Shown here: in pieces, positions 1 to 10,548 of the stretch
Numbering within the stretch: position 1 is the first letter of the stretch
Layout of the letters: each line of letters begins with the position of its first letter
Assembly (NCBI GenBank): GCA_044221525.1
Contig: JBGAPB010000001.1
Span: forward strand, 1,892-65,891
Origin: Blastocatellia bacterium
GTDB taxonomy: Bacteria; Acidobacteriota; Blastocatellia; RBC074
Direction: 5' to 3'
Length of the DNA: 64,000 bases
The notes under the pieces: generated by a model
The model's database searches: none
What the model saw: the letters and a program-made list of their open reading frames with translations, nothing else
What the model was told of the DNA's origin: nothing
Translations under genes and position numbers: made by a program

Positions 1-464
1 ACAGTCGAAGCGAATGCAAAGATGTCTTCGCCGATACTCAGGGCGATGTTAGATACAGGTTCCGGGCTGGTGTTTGCCGCCAGTCTTGTTGCTGCTTTTG
101 TGCCGTGCGAACTGAGCGCAATGCCTCCGCCGACAATCATGGCTGTGGCTTTGACCGCAGGATCGAATTCGGCAAAAGCTGTCGCCGCCAAAATCGCTCC
201 GGCGGGAATTCTGATGAAAGTGTGAATCGCGTCCCAGGCCGAATCCACAGCGGGGATTTTGTCGGCGATGAATTCAATCAGGTAAAGGCCGCCCGCCAAT
301 CCAATCACCCACCATTCGCCCAGCACGTTTAATCCGCCGGGCAATTTGACCAGTTCAAAACGTTGCAACACGCCCAGCGTGACAACCGTGGCATACAGAT
401 TGATGCCCGACAGCCAGGCCGAACCCATAGCCGTGCCAAGTGTGGTCAGCCAGTCAGCAGTCAT
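1..464 (-). CDS. DUF4126-like integral membrane protein (partial; 3' end lies beyond window start)
   Basis: Manual reverse-complement translation gives MTADWLTTLGTAMGSAWLSGINLYATVVTLGVLQRF…, hydrophobic and multi-TM; AAAGGAGG SD immediately upstream of ATG at 462-464; not in ORF track because it runs off the edge. Confidence 0.5.
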   Translation of the reverse strand, partial: MTADWLTTLGTAMGSAWLSGINLYATVVTLGVLQRFELVKLPGGLNVLGEWWVIGLAGGLYLIEFIADKIPAVDSAWDAIHTFIRIPAGAILAATAFAEFDPAVKATAMIVGGGIALSSHGTKAATRLAANTSPEPVSNIALSIGEDIFAFAST

Positions 465-613
465 TGCCAGCCTCCTTTTGCCGTGGTGAATGAATTGTTT
501 GGAGATTCAATGCCGCGCGATTATAACTACCGCTTGTTTGATTGCCAGCAAAATTGCTAATTGGAAATTGCTTTAGAGAGCGGTTATAGTTTGCGGCCTT
601 GTGATGACCCCAA

Positions 614-1594
614 ATGGCTGACAATGGCCGAAGACTCCAAATGACCATTTCACTGGTTGAAAGAATTCTCGCTCGTGATCTGCGCGCGATTGCCCGCGCA
701 ATCTCCAAGATCGAAAACGATGCTGCCGATGCGAATGAAATCTTGAAGTCGCTGTTCGCGCATACCGGCAAAGGTGTGACCATTGGCATCACGGGTGCGC
801 CCGGAGCAGGAAAATCTTCGCTGGTGGACAAGCTGGCGATGCATTACCGCTCGTCGGCCAGGACGGTTGGCATCATTGCGGTTGACCCGTCCAGCCCTTT
901 TTCTGGCGGAGCCATTCTGGGCGACCGAATTCGCATGCAGACATTGGCTAACGATCCGGGGGTTTTCATTCGATCAATGGCTACGCGGGGTAATTTGGGA
1001 GGGCTGGCACGGGCCACGGTTGACGCGGTTGCGGTGCTGGATGCGGCTGGCTACGATAGAACTCTGGTTGAAACGGTTGGCGTGGGCCAGGACGAAGTAG
1101 AGATAGTAAAAGCCGCAGATGTTTCCGTTGTCGTTCTTGTCCCCGGAATGGGCGACGACATACAGGCGATCAAAGCCGGAATTATGGAAATCGGCGACAT
1201 TTTCGTCATCAACAAAGCCGAACGTGACGGGGTCGAACGCACCGAACGCGAGTTGATAACTTTGCTGGAAATGTCTGAGCGCCCTGACGGCTGGCGACCG
1301 ACGATTGTTCGCACGGTTGCCACCCAGAACAAAGGCATCCCAGAGTTCGTTGAGGCGATTGAAAGTTACGTTTCTTTCAAAACACAGCATCGAGCCTCAC
1401 TGGAACGCAGCGCCGAAGTTGCCGAAATTCGAATAATAGAATTGCTGCGCGAACGATTGCTAAAAAAAGTTTTGAAAGAATCCCTTACCCCGGAAAAGCT
1501 GCACGAACTTGCGCTGGAAGTGGCTTCGCGCCAGCGCGATCCGTATTCGATTGTCGAAGACATCATCTGTAACGTGGAAATACGTTCCAGTTAA
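614..1594 (+). CDS. meaB: Methylmalonyl-CoA mutase-associated GTPase MeaB (ArgK/LAO-AO transport ATPase family)
   Basis: P-loop GITGAPGAGKSS, ArgK-family N-terminus (LVERILARDLRAIARAISKIEN); 326 aa. Confidence 0.9.
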   Translation: MADNGRRLQMTISLVERILARDLRAIARAISKIENDAADANEILKSLFAHTGKGVTIGITGAPGAGKSSLVDKLAMHYRSSARTVGIIAVDPSSPFSGGAILGDRIRMQTLANDPGVFIRSMATRGNLGGLARATVDAVAVLDAAGYDRTLVETVGVGQDEVEIVKAADVSVVVLVPGMGDDIQAIKAGIMEIGDIFVINKAERDGVERTERELITLLEMSERPDGWRPTIVRTVATQNKGIPEFVEAIESYVSFKTQHRASLERSAEVAEIRIIELLRERLLKKVLKESLTPEKLHELALEVASRQRDPYSIVEDIICNVEIRSS

Positions 1595-1667
1595 GAATGG
1601 AAAAGTTAAAAGGCCAAAAGCCGGAACACGGCTTGCCTTTTGACATTTGCCTTTTACCTTTTGATTT

Positions 1668-2084
1668 ATGGCTGAAAACAAAATTCAACACCTCGGAGTC
1701 GCTGTCGGTTCGATTGAAGAAGCCCTGACGTTTTGGCGCGATGGACTTGGTCTGGAATTGAAGGAAGTCGAAGTCGTGGAGGACCAGGGCGTGCGCGTGG
1801 CGATGTTGCCAATTGGCGAAAGTCGCATCGAACTGCTGGAACCGACAGGCGAAGACACGCCCGTCGGCAGATTTGTCGCCAAACGCGGCGCTGGAATGCA
1901 CCACCTTTGCGTCGAAGTCGAAAACGTCGCTGCGAAGCTGGCCGATCTGAAAGCCAAAGGCGTGCGGTTGATTGACGAGGAACCTCGCGCGGGTGCGGGC
2001 GGCGCACTGGTCGCGTTTGTTCACCCGGCCAGCACTGGCGGTGTTTTGATTGAACTGACGCAACGAGGAACCGGAAACCATTAA
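1668..2084 (+). CDS. mce: Methylmalonyl-CoA epimerase (glyoxalase/VOC family)
   Basis: 138 aa, HLGVAV…GMHHLCVEV VOC-fold motifs; directly downstream of meaB. Confidence 0.8.
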   Translation: MAENKIQHLGVAVGSIEEALTFWRDGLGLELKEVEVVEDQGVRVAMLPIGESRIELLEPTGEDTPVGRFVAKRGAGMHHLCVEVENVAAKLADLKAKGVRLIDEEPRAGAGGALVAFVHPASTGGVLIELTQRGTGNH

Positions 2085-2086
2085 AG

Positions 2087-2155
2087 GTGGTTGGCGATTG
2101 GTGGCTGGTGGTTCGTTACCAACCACCAGCCACCAATCGCCAACTGCCAACCACC
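2087..2155. terminator. Very long perfect hairpin (about 24-bp stem, 6-nt loop) right after mce stop; terminator or REP-like palindrome
   Basis: ggtggttggcgattggtggctggtggtt cgttac aaccaccagccaccaatcgccaac…ccaaccacc read directly from the sequence. Confidence 0.4.
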
Positions 2156-2184
2156 AAACATTTATTCATCCAAGGAGATTTGTC

Positions 2185-3456
2185 TTGAAAGCATTTACTA
2201 AACTCATCCTGACTCTGGTGGTTTCCGCCAGCATGTTGGCGACACAGTCTTGCGCTTTTTTCACGAAAAGTGAGTTTGTCGAAGTAACCGCCGATGAGCT
2301 GGCGGCGTTGACTGAAAGCTTGTCCGAACCGCAAAAGCGTCAACTGGCGCAGAATAAGGTCGCTCGCGACCAGTTTATAGGCCAGTTCAAAACGCCTTTT
2401 GCCCTGGCTCAAGCGGCAGAAGCTGAAGGGTTACAAAAAACCGATCAGTTCAAACAGGAACTGGCTTTTACTACTGACCGATTGCTGGCGACCGAATATA
2501 CAAAACGTAACCCGGACGTCACTTTGACCAAAGAAGAGCGAGATGCTTATTTGGGTGCGAATCAGGCGAAGTTCGACAGTTTTTTCACCTTCATTACGCG
2601 CGAAGCCAAACAGGCTCCGAGCGACAATGACAAGGAAATGATGCGCGAACAGTGGACGGAAATTATGATTCGCGCTGACAAAGGCAGGCTGGCAGGACTG
2701 GAAAAAGAACCTGGATTCAAAGTTCAACTCAAAATTGGCAAAGCCAGTGTCCTGGCTAATGCTTACTCGAAGTCGCTGAGCGAGAAGCTGAAAATGACTC
2801 CTGAAGAGAAGAAGCGATATGTCGCGGAACATCCTGAAGCCGACGTGGATAAGATTCAGGAGAAAGCCCAGGCCTTGTTGGCTCGCGTCAAAGGCGGAGA
2901 AGATTTCGAGAAAGTTGCCAAAGAGTTCAACGAAGACAGTACCAAAGAAACCGGCGGCGAACTGCCATGGTTCGATAAAGAAGGAAAAGTTGATGGTCAG
3001 CCGGTTGTTGATGAGCCATTCGTCAAGGCGGCGTTTGCGTTGGAAAAAGGCGGAATCGGCAACGAAGTCATCAAGACAAGAGTTGGGTTACATCTGATAA
3101 AACTTGAGGACAAGCGTATTTACGATCCGTCGAAAGACCCGAAAAAAGCTGCAACACCGACTCCGCCTCAAGCGCCAAACGCGGAGCCTACTCCCAGTCC
3201 GACACCACAAGAACCGCAAGAGCAGGTTCATACACGACACATTTTCCTCACCACAGCGCTGGCAGAGGGCTTTGAACAGGAAGAGACAGACAAGAAAGTT
3301 AAGCGCGCCATCGAAGACGCAACTCTGAAATATCCGGTTAAAGTCCCGGCGGATTTCACAGTCAAGGTTGGCGGTTACGACCCCAGCCGCATACCCGGCC
3401 TGGGCAGCGGACAAGGCGGAACGATGAAGGGGATTGACCCGAACGCGAATAAGTAG
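2185..3456 (+). CDS. Parvulin-type peptidyl-prolyl cis-trans isomerase (SurA/PpiD-like) with signal peptide and Pro-rich linker
   Basis: TTG start at 2185 preceded by AAGGAGA; hydrophobic N-terminus LKAFTKLILTLVVSASMLATQSC; PpiC-like segment GGELPWFDKEG…VGLHLIKLEDKR. Confidence 0.6.
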   Translation: MKAFTKLILTLVVSASMLATQSCAFFTKSEFVEVTADELAALTESLSEPQKRQLAQNKVARDQFIGQFKTPFALAQAAEAEGLQKTDQFKQELAFTTDRLLATEYTKRNPDVTLTKEERDAYLGANQAKFDSFFTFITREAKQAPSDNDKEMMREQWTEIMIRADKGRLAGLEKEPGFKVQLKIGKASVLANAYSKSLSEKLKMTPEEKKRYVAEHPEADVDKIQEKAQALLARVKGGEDFEKVAKEFNEDSTKETGGELPWFDKEGKVDGQPVVDEPFVKAAFALEKGGIGNEVIKTRVGLHLIKLEDKRIYDPSKDPKKAATPTPPQAPNAEPTPSPTPQEPQEQVHTRHIFLTTALAEGFEQEETDKKVKRAIEDATLKYPVKVPADFTVKVGGYDPSRIPGLGSGQGGTMKGIDPNANK

Positions 3457-3546
3457 GTTTTAGAAATTAGGTGGCAGGTGACAGGTTTGCAAAAATTGTC
3501 ATCTGCCACAAACCTACAACCAACCACCTATCACCTGTAACCTGAA

Positions 3547-4413
3547 ATGGAAAAAGCTCAAATTGGAATCATTGGCGGCAGCGGTTTGTATCAAATGGAA
3601 GGTTTGACCGACGTGCGCGAAGTCGGCGTTGAAACCCCGTTCGGCAATCCATCAGACAACTTTATTCTGGGCACGCTGGACGGAGTTCGCGTGGCCTTTC
3701 TGGCCAGACATGGACGTGGCCATCGAATCACCCCGACGGAACTGAACTTTCGCGCGAACATTTATGCAATGAAGCTGCTGGGTGTTGAACGCATTATTTC
3801 AGCTTCGGCTGTCGGCTCGCTTCAGGAACAATACGCGCCGACCGACATCGTCATCCCGGATCAATTCTTTGACCGAACGCGAGGACGTGTTTCGACTTTC
3901 TTTGGCGAAGGCATAGTTGGCCACATCACTTTCTCGCATCCTGTGTGCGGAGCCGTCTGGCAAGTCCTGGGTGATGAAACCGAAGCCGCCGGAGTTAAAG
4001 TTCATCGCGGTGGAACTTACCTGAACATGGAAGGCCCGGCATTTTCGACTTTGGCGGAATCGCGGCTTTATAGAAGCTGGGGGATGGATGTCATAGGCAT
4101 GACCAATCTGCAGGAAGCCAAGCTGGCACGCGAAGCCGAGATTTGTTACGCGACCATGGCTTTGGTGACGGATTACGATTGCTGGCATCCAGACCACGAC
4201 GCGGTGACGGTTGAGATGGTAATTGAATTCCTGAATAAGAACTCAACCAATGCTCAGAGGATCATTCGCCAGTCTGTCGGCAAACTTGCCGCCGCGCCTC
4301 GCGATTGCAAATGCGGCTCGGCGCTGAAACACGCGATCCTGACTCACGGAGAAATTCCGGCTGAAACGAAAAAGAAACTTTCAGCGATCATTGGCAAGTA
4401 CGTGGGCGAATAG
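3547..4413 (+). CDS. mtnP: S-methyl-5'-thioadenosine phosphorylase
   Basis: GIIGGSGLY…VGMT PNP-family motifs, 288 aa. Confidence 0.9.
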   Translation: MEKAQIGIIGGSGLYQMEGLTDVREVGVETPFGNPSDNFILGTLDGVRVAFLARHGRGHRITPTELNFRANIYAMKLLGVERIISASAVGSLQEQYAPTDIVIPDQFFDRTRGRVSTFFGEGIVGHITFSHPVCGAVWQVLGDETEAAGVKVHRGGTYLNMEGPAFSTLAESRLYRSWGMDVIGMTNLQEAKLAREAEICYATMALVTDYDCWHPDHDAVTVEMVIEFLNKNSTNAQRIIRQSVGKLAAAPRDCKCGSALKHAILTHGEIPAETKKKLSAIIGKYVGE

Positions 4414-4483
4414 AGGCGCAAGCCGCAGGACACACTACCGTTCATTGACCTTGTCACATAAACCATTCACTTGGGGAGGAAGT

Positions 4484-4978
4484 ATGAAACCTCAAAAAGC
4501 CATCCTGGCTTCATTGTTTCTGTTGTTACTGGTTGGAGCTTATGCGATTCAGGGAGTTTTTTATAAACCCGCTTGCGCTTGTGCTCCTGACGTGGTGTCC
4601 GCTCAACAAGGTCCCAGTCGCGGCTCCATTGCTACGCCGCGCGACCCTGAAATTGAAAAGTCTTCCTACAAAAGTCTGGACGCGGCGAAGTTTTACTTTT
4701 ACAAACGCAAGCCGAACAAGAACGATAAAGACAGCCTGGCCAGATTGAACAAAGCTGTGCTCGACCGTTTGCAGGAAATCATAGACACCAATCCTAACTT
4801 TGCGAAAATTGACGAGGTCTATTTCCTGACCGGCGAAGTTCATTATCGAGACGGCGATACTGAGAAAGCCGTCGAGTTCTGGACAAAAGTCACCAAGGAA
4901 AGCTCAGACGAAAAGGTCAAAGCCGACGCTCAAAAACGTCTGGACGAAGTGCAAAACCAAAATAAGAAAAAGGGGTAA
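4484..4978 (+). CDS. Hypothetical secreted protein, helical/TPR-like C-terminal region
   Basis: ATG at 4484 after GGGGAGGAAG SD; signal peptide MKPQKAILASLFLLLLVGAYA. Confidence 0.4.
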   Translation: MKPQKAILASLFLLLLVGAYAIQGVFYKPACACAPDVVSAQQGPSRGSIATPRDPEIEKSSYKSLDAAKFYFYKRKPNKNDKDSLARLNKAVLDRLQEIIDTNPNFAKIDEVYFLTGEVHYRDGDTEKAVEFWTKVTKESSDEKVKADAQKRLDEVQNQNKKKG

Positions 4979-4988
4979 CTGTTCACCA

Positions 4989-5915
4989 ATGTCATCATCC
5001 AATTCTGCCGCGCCGCTGCTGGTTGTCGGTTCTGTGGCCATTGATTCAATCAAAACACCTTTCGGCGAGCGCGAACGCAGCCTCGGCGGTTCCGGCCTGC
5101 ATTTTTCAGTTTCGGCGTCATTCTTTACAGAAGTCGGTGTGGTCGCTGTCATCGGTGACGATTTCAGCGCTGAAGACGAAGCCGTCTTTCACGAACGCAA
5201 GATCAACATTTCGAATCTGGAGCGCATTCCTGGCGGCAAAACTTTTCGCTGGGCTGGCGAATACGGCTTCGATCTGAACACGGCCAAAACGCTGGACACG
5301 CAACTAAACGTTTTTGCCGACTTCAAACCGAAACTTTCCGAAGCCGCCCGCAAAACTCCTTTTCTGTTTCTGGGCAACATTCAACCAACGCTGCAACGCG
5401 AAGTCCGCGAACAGGTGGATTGCAAGTTCGTGGCAATGGACACGATGAACCTGTGGATTGAAATCGCGCGCGAAGAGTTGCTGAAGACCATCGCCGTTGT
5501 TGATGCGGTAATCATCAACGACGCCGAAGCCCGCGAACTGGCCGGAGAAGCCAACTTGATCCGTGCCGCGCGAAAGATTTTGACTCTGGGGCCGAAAATG
5601 TTGGTGGTCAAACGCGGCGAATACGGCGCGGCGTTTTTTACCAAAGACAGTTACTTCGCCATTCCGGCTTACCCGCTGGAAAGCGTCTTTGACCCAACTG
5701 GCGCGGGCGACAGCTTTGCCGGGGGCTTCATGGGCTACCTGGCGCAATCAGATAAGATTGACGATATAACGTTGCGCCGCGCGATCATTTACGGTTCGGC
5801 GATGGCGTCTTACAACGTCGAAGAATTCAGTTGCGACCGCCTTAGAAAACTGACGCCGGAAGAAATCCGCAATCGCTTCCACCAGTTCAAAGAGTTCACT
5901 CACTTCGAGATTTAA
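4989..5915 (+). CDS. PfkB-family carbohydrate/nucleoside kinase
   Basis: DPTGAGDSFAGGF ribokinase-family signature. Confidence 0.8.
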   Translation: MSSSNSAAPLLVVGSVAIDSIKTPFGERERSLGGSGLHFSVSASFFTEVGVVAVIGDDFSAEDEAVFHERKINISNLERIPGGKTFRWAGEYGFDLNTAKTLDTQLNVFADFKPKLSEAARKTPFLFLGNIQPTLQREVREQVDCKFVAMDTMNLWIEIAREELLKTIAVVDAVIINDAEARELAGEANLIRAARKILTLGPKMLVVKRGEYGAAFFTKDSYFAIPAYPLESVFDPTGAGDSFAGGFMGYLAQSDKIDDITLRRAIIYGSAMASYNVEEFSCDRLRKLTPEEIRNRFHQFKEFTHFEI

Positions 5916-6763
5916 TGCGATTCCATAAATTCCAGGCTTTGGGCAATGACTTCCTCATCGTGCGCGAAAGCGAATTGCGTGCGGTGACCGATGATTTTGA
6001 ATCCTTCGCCCGGTTGATATGCGACAGGCATTTTGGCGCGGGAGCCGATGGTTTGGAGTTGTTGCTGGATTCGCCCCAAGCCGGAGCCGATTTTGAAGTT
6101 CGGTTGTTCAACGCTGATGGTGGAGAAACTCCGATTTCAGGCAATGGAACTCGATGCGTTGGAGCATATCTTTATCTGGTTGAAAACTGGGACAAGCCGC
6201 AGGTCAGGATTGCGACCGGAGCGGGCATCAAAACTCTGAAGCCTGTTCGGCGAAGCAAAAAAAGCTTGGTGTTTGAAACTGAGATGGGGACGCCGCGTTT
6301 TCACAGCAGCGAAATTCCGGTCGCTTTGCCGACTTCGCTTGAACGAGTGATTCGTCAGCCGCTGGAAGTCGCCGGACAGACTGTCGAGATAACTGCGACT
6401 TCGATGGGCAATCCGCATTGCAGTATCTTTGTCGAAGATTTTGAGCAATTGGACTGGCGTCGGCTTGGAGCGGCGATTGAAACTCACGCCGCGTTTCCTG
6501 ATCGAACCAACGTTGAGTTTATTCGCGTCCTGAACCGCAACGAAATTGAAGTGCGGTTTTGGGAACGGGGTTGCGGCGAGACTCTGGCTTCTGGAACCGG
6601 TTCATGTGGAGCTGCTTTGGCTGCGATGCTGAACGAATTGACCGAGCGCAAGGTCAAAGTTGTGACCGCCGCCGGAGAACTGACTGTTGAATGGCAGAAT
6701 GACAACATGGTTGTTCAAACCGGTGAAGCCTGCTCTGTCTTTTGTGGCGAGTGGCTAACTTGA
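5915..6763 (+). CDS. dapF: Diaminopimelate epimerase
   Basis: GNDFLIV, SMGNPHC, GTGSCGAA motifs; ATG overlaps upstream TAA. Confidence 0.85.
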   Translation: MRFHKFQALGNDFLIVRESELRAVTDDFESFARLICDRHFGAGADGLELLLDSPQAGADFEVRLFNADGGETPISGNGTRCVGAYLYLVENWDKPQVRIATGAGIKTLKPVRRSKKSLVFETEMGTPRFHSSEIPVALPTSLERVIRQPLEVAGQTVEITATSMGNPHCSIFVEDFEQLDWRRLGAAIETHAAFPDRTNVEFIRVLNRNEIEVRFWERGCGETLASGTGSCGAALAAMLNELTERKVKVVTAAGELTVEWQNDNMVVQTGEACSVFCGEWLT

Positions 6764-6772
6764 GGTGACCGA

Positions 6773-7054
6773 ATGAGTGAAAAGCAAGATGACAGATTTG
6801 TCGCACTGGCACATTTTTCCAACTCAATTGAGGCGGGGATGGTTGGCGAGTTGCTGGAAAACAACGGCATCACTTCGATTCCGCAGGGCGTGAACTTTGC
6901 CGGTCTGGAGCCGTTGCTGATGCCGGGCGGGTATTCTGAAATTACTTTGCTTGTTCCTGAAAACGAGCTTCAGCGGGCACAGCAGCTTTACGATGCTTTC
7001 TTTGAACAGCAAGCCGACGCCGCTTTGCCTGAAGATGTTGAAGTACAAGATTGA
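6773..7054 (+). CDS. DUF2007-like putative signal-transducing small protein
   Basis: 93 aa, pattern typical of DUF2007 (PII-like fold); inference. Confidence 0.45.
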   Translation: MSEKQDDRFVALAHFSNSIEAGMVGELLENNGITSIPQGVNFAGLEPLLMPGGYSEITLLVPENELQRAQQLYDAFFEQQADAALPEDVEVQD

Positions 7055-7072
7055 CCGAGGCGATGTCAGAAA

Positions 7073-7399
7073 ATGGAAAGCGCATTGGTTGTGATGACAA
7101 CCGCTGAAACGCCAGCCGATGGAGAGCGCTTGGCGAAATTGTTGGTTGAAGCCGAGTTGGCGGCTTGTGTGCAAATATTGCCGCAAATTACTTCGGTTTA
7201 TCGCTGGCAAGGCAAGGTCGAACAGGCAGGCGAAACTTTATTGCTCATAAAAACTACCCGCGCTGCTTATGCCGAGCTTGAAGAGGCAGTCAAACAGAAT
7301 CACTCCTATCAAACTCCTGAGATCATTGCCTTGCCCATCGAAGTTGGTTCATCTGAATACCTGAACTGGCTAAAAGTGTCGGTTAAATCACAGCTTTAA
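7073..7399 (+). CDS. cutA: Divalent-cation tolerance protein CutA
   Basis: 108 aa, CutA1 pattern …SVYRWQGKVE…. Confidence 0.85.
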   Translation: MESALVVMTTAETPADGERLAKLLVEAELAACVQILPQITSVYRWQGKVEQAGETLLLIKTTRAAYAELEEAVKQNHSYQTPEIIALPIEVGSSEYLNWLKVSVKSQL

Positions 7400-7592
7400 C
7401 CGTTTGTTGCAGCAAATCTCTGGCAGCGGCTTAATATATCTTGCTCTCAGCCGGTAAGTTTGTGTAAATTGCGGCTACCGATCCCCGAGACAATTCGATT
7501 CATAGATCATTGCATTGAATGTCCAGCTTCGATCAATCTGGGCCAATGCTCGCCCTTATCCATACCAGTTGTTGGCAATATCGCAAGCTATG

Positions 7593-8297
7593 CGTGTCTT
7601 AGTGATCGAAGACGAACTGAAAATGGCTGATTTGATCAAACGTGGTCTCGAGGAAGAGGGGCTGGAAGTTGAGACGGCTTATGACGGTGAAACCGGAATC
7701 GCCGCTGCCAAATCCGGCAACCACGATATGATAATTCTGGATTTGGGTTTGCCAGGTCTGGACGGCTTGGAAATTGCGCGTGAATTGCGCGAGGGCGGGT
7801 TCGATACGCCTATTCTGGTGCTGACAGCACAAGACAGCACTGAAATGAAAGTCAAAGGGCTGGATACCGGCGCAGATGATTACCTAACCAAACCTTTTGC
7901 TTTTGCCGAATTGCTGGCGCGCATTCGCGCGTTATTGCGCCGGACAAATACCGAAGATACAACCAAGATTCAGGCCGGAGATTTGGTGTTGAACCTGATC
8001 AATCGCCGGGCTTCGCGCGCGGGTAATGAGGTGCAGTTGACCAACAAGGAATTTTCGTTGCTCGAATACTTCATGCGCCATCCGGACGAAATCCTTTCCC
8101 GCGAAACGTTGTCCGAAAAAGTCTGGGAAGAGACCTTCGACACGTTGACCAATGTGATTGATGTTTATATCAATTATTTGCGAAACAAGATTGATCGCAA
8201 CTATGAACCCAAACTGATTCACACAGTTCGCGGCATTGGCTACATGTTCAAAAGTCCTGCGGGCCAATCTCAAATGGTTGCAGAAGCTAAAGCCTAA
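7593..8297 (+). CDS. OmpR-family response regulator (CusR/CopR-like)
   Basis: MRVLVIEDE…DLGLPGLDG receiver domain plus winged-helix C-terminus; ORF track extends to 7515 but the canonical start is at 7593. Confidence 0.85.
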   Translation, partial: RVLVIEDELKMADLIKRGLEEEGLEVETAYDGETGIAAAKSGNHDMIILDLGLPGLDGLEIARELREGGFDTPILVLTAQDSTEMKVKGLDTGADDYLTKPFAFAELLARIRALLRRTNTEDTTKIQAGDLVLNLINRRASRAGNEVQLTNKEFSLLEYFMRHPDEILSRETLSEKVWEETFDTLTNVIDVYINYLRNKIDRNYEPKLIHTVRGIGYMFKSPAGQSQMVAEAKA

Positions 8298-8371
8298 TGC
8301 AGCAATCAAAAATGGCAGAGGTGGTAAATCACTGATTACCGCCTCTGTTTTTACCTGTCCGTCCTGCCCCT

Positions 8372-9799
8372 ATGCCCTCTCTCAGAGTCAAACTCACAGT
8401 TTATTACCTGGCAATCCTTTCGGCAGTTCTGCTGCTGTTTGGAGTGGCAATTTACTTTTATCTTTCGCGCAGCCTGCTGACGACAATAGATCAGGCGTTG
8501 GCGTTTCAGGTCGAAAAGATAGAAGTGGGCATTGCTGTGGGCGCAGGCGCGGATATGTCTAATCATCCATTGATGCAGGACCCCGAAGCTCAGGGAGATC
8601 TGTTGCCACTTGCTCCGCACATCTATCAAATCATCAACGAGCAGGGAAAAATAACAGACGGGGGAATGACAACCCTGAAGGATCATTTACCGGTTGATGC
8701 GGATGAATTGATGAAGCTGGAGGTCGGAAAAACGATTTTCAGTTCGGTCAGGCTCAAATCGGGAGAATCGCTTAGAGTCGCAACTCGACGGGTGAAGGAT
8801 TACGACGGCGATGGAACTTACTTCATACGTTTGGGGCAATCATTGTCCGCTATGGAAAGTGCGCGTCGCCGGGCCTTGCTGGTTTTGGGGATTGCCATTC
8901 CTTTGGCGTTGCTGCTGGGAAGTTTCGGAGGATTATTGCTGGCCAATCAGGCGCTCAGCCCGGTTGATCGCATCACCAGCGTCGCCGAACAAATTGCCAA
9001 CGGCGACCTAACCGAGCGGGTTCCAATGCCTGCAAGCTCTGCGGCCAAGATGGATGAAATCGGGCGACTGGCGGCAACTTTCAATCACATGATTTCGCGG
9101 TTACAGGCGGCGTTCGAGCGGCAGAAACAATTTACTTCCGACGCTTCGCACGAACTCAGGACTCCGCTGGCAGTCATGCGCGGTGATATGGAAATCGCTT
9201 TGCGGCGCGAACGTTCGCCGCAGGAATATCAACGAGTTTTGGGTTCCAACCTGGAAGAGATAGTTCGCCTGACTCGACTGATAGAAGATTTGTTGATGCT
9301 GGCGCGCGCAGATTCTGGCAGAGTCGAGCTTCGCTGCGAACCCGTTGATCTGAACAAGCTCTGCCAGCAAATGACAGATTACATTTCGCCGCTGGCTGAA
9401 CAGCGACAACAGGTTTTGAGTTACGACTCGGAGAATGCTGACGTTTACATTAATGCCGATTTGCAGCGCATCAAACAAATGCTGCTAAACCTGCTGGACA
9501 ACGCGATCAAGTACACCGAACCTGGCGGCAACATTACCCTTGGCCTGAAGATTGAAGGCAATCAAGCTGTCATCACGGTTGCTGATACCGGACGAGGCAT
9601 TCCGACAGAAGACCTGCCACACATTTTTGAACGCTTCTTTCGCCGTTCCGCCAAAACCAGCGACCGCAGCGCGGCGGGGTTCGGTCTGGGGCTTTCGATT
9701 GTTAAGTGGATAGTTGAATCGCACAATGGCCAAATCGAAACTATCAGCCAGCAAGGTCAGGGAACAACCTTCATAGTTAAGTTGCCGTTGATGGATTGA
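8372..9799 (+). CDS. Sensor histidine kinase (TM–periplasmic–TM, HAMP, HisKA, HATPase_c; CusS-like)
   Basis: H-box SHELRTPL, N-box LLDNAIKYT, G-boxes DTGRGI / GLGLSI. Confidence 0.85.
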   Translation: MPSLRVKLTVYYLAILSAVLLLFGVAIYFYLSRSLLTTIDQALAFQVEKIEVGIAVGAGADMSNHPLMQDPEAQGDLLPLAPHIYQIINEQGKITDGGMTTLKDHLPVDADELMKLEVGKTIFSSVRLKSGESLRVATRRVKDYDGDGTYFIRLGQSLSAMESARRRALLVLGIAIPLALLLGSFGGLLLANQALSPVDRITSVAEQIANGDLTERVPMPASSAAKMDEIGRLAATFNHMISRLQAAFERQKQFTSDASHELRTPLAVMRGDMEIALRRERSPQEYQRVLGSNLEEIVRLTRLIEDLLMLARADSGRVELRCEPVDLNKLCQQMTDYISPLAEQRQQVLSYDSENADVYINADLQRIKQMLLNLLDNAIKYTEPGGNITLGLKIEGNQAVITVADTGRGIPTEDLPHIFERFFRRSAKTSDRSAAGFGLGLSIVKWIVESHNGQIETISQQGQGTTFIVKLPLMD

Positions 9800-9807
9800 A
9801 ATCGCGT

Positions 9808-10548
9808 TCAAGCCAGAATCATTTTGATCCCGGCGATTATCAGCACAGCAGCCAGCAATCGCTTCAGGTTAGGCCCGGCGATTCGGCGACTGCCGTATTC
9901 GGCTCCTATAAATCCACCAATGATTGCCGCAATTGCAAAGAAGGGAACTGGCTTTGGCAGGTTTGAAGTTTGAGAAATGACTCCGACGAATCCTGCAATT
10001 GAATTGACCAGAATGAATGCTGCCGCAACTGCCGAAACCTGACGTGTCGCCGCCCAACCCATAAACAACATCACCGGTGAGAGAAAAATTCCGCCGCCTA
10101 CCCCCGTCAGCCCGGACAACAATCCAAGCAATGCGCCGAATATAAGCATCGGCCAGATCGCAGGAGTTTCGTGTGTTGCCTCATCGCCGATGCCTGGATT
10201 TCGAATAAACCTGTAAGCTGAATAAAGCAGCACCGCTCCAACTAGGTATTTGTAATACACATCCGGCAGCCTGGTTTTACCTCCCAGAAAGGCCAGCGGA
10301 ATTGACCCCAGCGCGAATGGCCAGAACAATCGCCAAACGAAATGTCCTGCTCGATAAAATTTGAAGGTTGCTATCGAGGCAACCAGTATGTTCAGCAGCA
10401 GCGCGGTTGGACGCATGACAGTTGGCATCAAGCCAAACAATCCCATTGCGGCCAGATAGCCTGATGCTCCGGCATGACCGACCGATGAATACAAAATTGC
10501 TGCGGCGAAAATAAGCAGTGTCAGTAAAACGATTGCGGTTGGATCCAT
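9808..10548 (-). CDS. TauE/SafE (DUF81) family anion exporter membrane protein
   Basis: 246 aa polytopic protein with duplicated …GAGGG… pattern. Confidence 0.75.
   Translation of the reverse strand: MDPTAIVLLTLLIFAAAILYSSVGHAGASGYLAAMGLFGLMPTVMRPTALLLNILVASIATFKFYRAGHFVWRLFWPFALGSIPLAFLGGKTRLPDVYYKYLVGAVLLYSAYRFIRNPGIGDEATHETPAIWPMLIFGALLGLLSGLTGVGGGIFLSPVMLFMGWAATRQVSAVAAAFILVNSIAGFVGVISQTSNLPKPVPFFAIAAIIGGFIGAEYGSRRIAGPNLKRLLAAVLIIAGIKMILA

Noticed and set aside
22-560. Plus-strand ORFs (67, 75 and 65 aa) at the window start
   Set aside because: They lie antisense or out of frame to the better-supported minus-strand DUF4126 membrane protein, which has a strong SD. Their composition is Ala/Arg-rich and artefact-like.
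650-2150. Many minus-strand ORFs inside meaB and mce
   Set aside because: They overlap confidently identified genes, and their Arg/Ser/Pro-rich translations are typical of GC-rich antisense frames.
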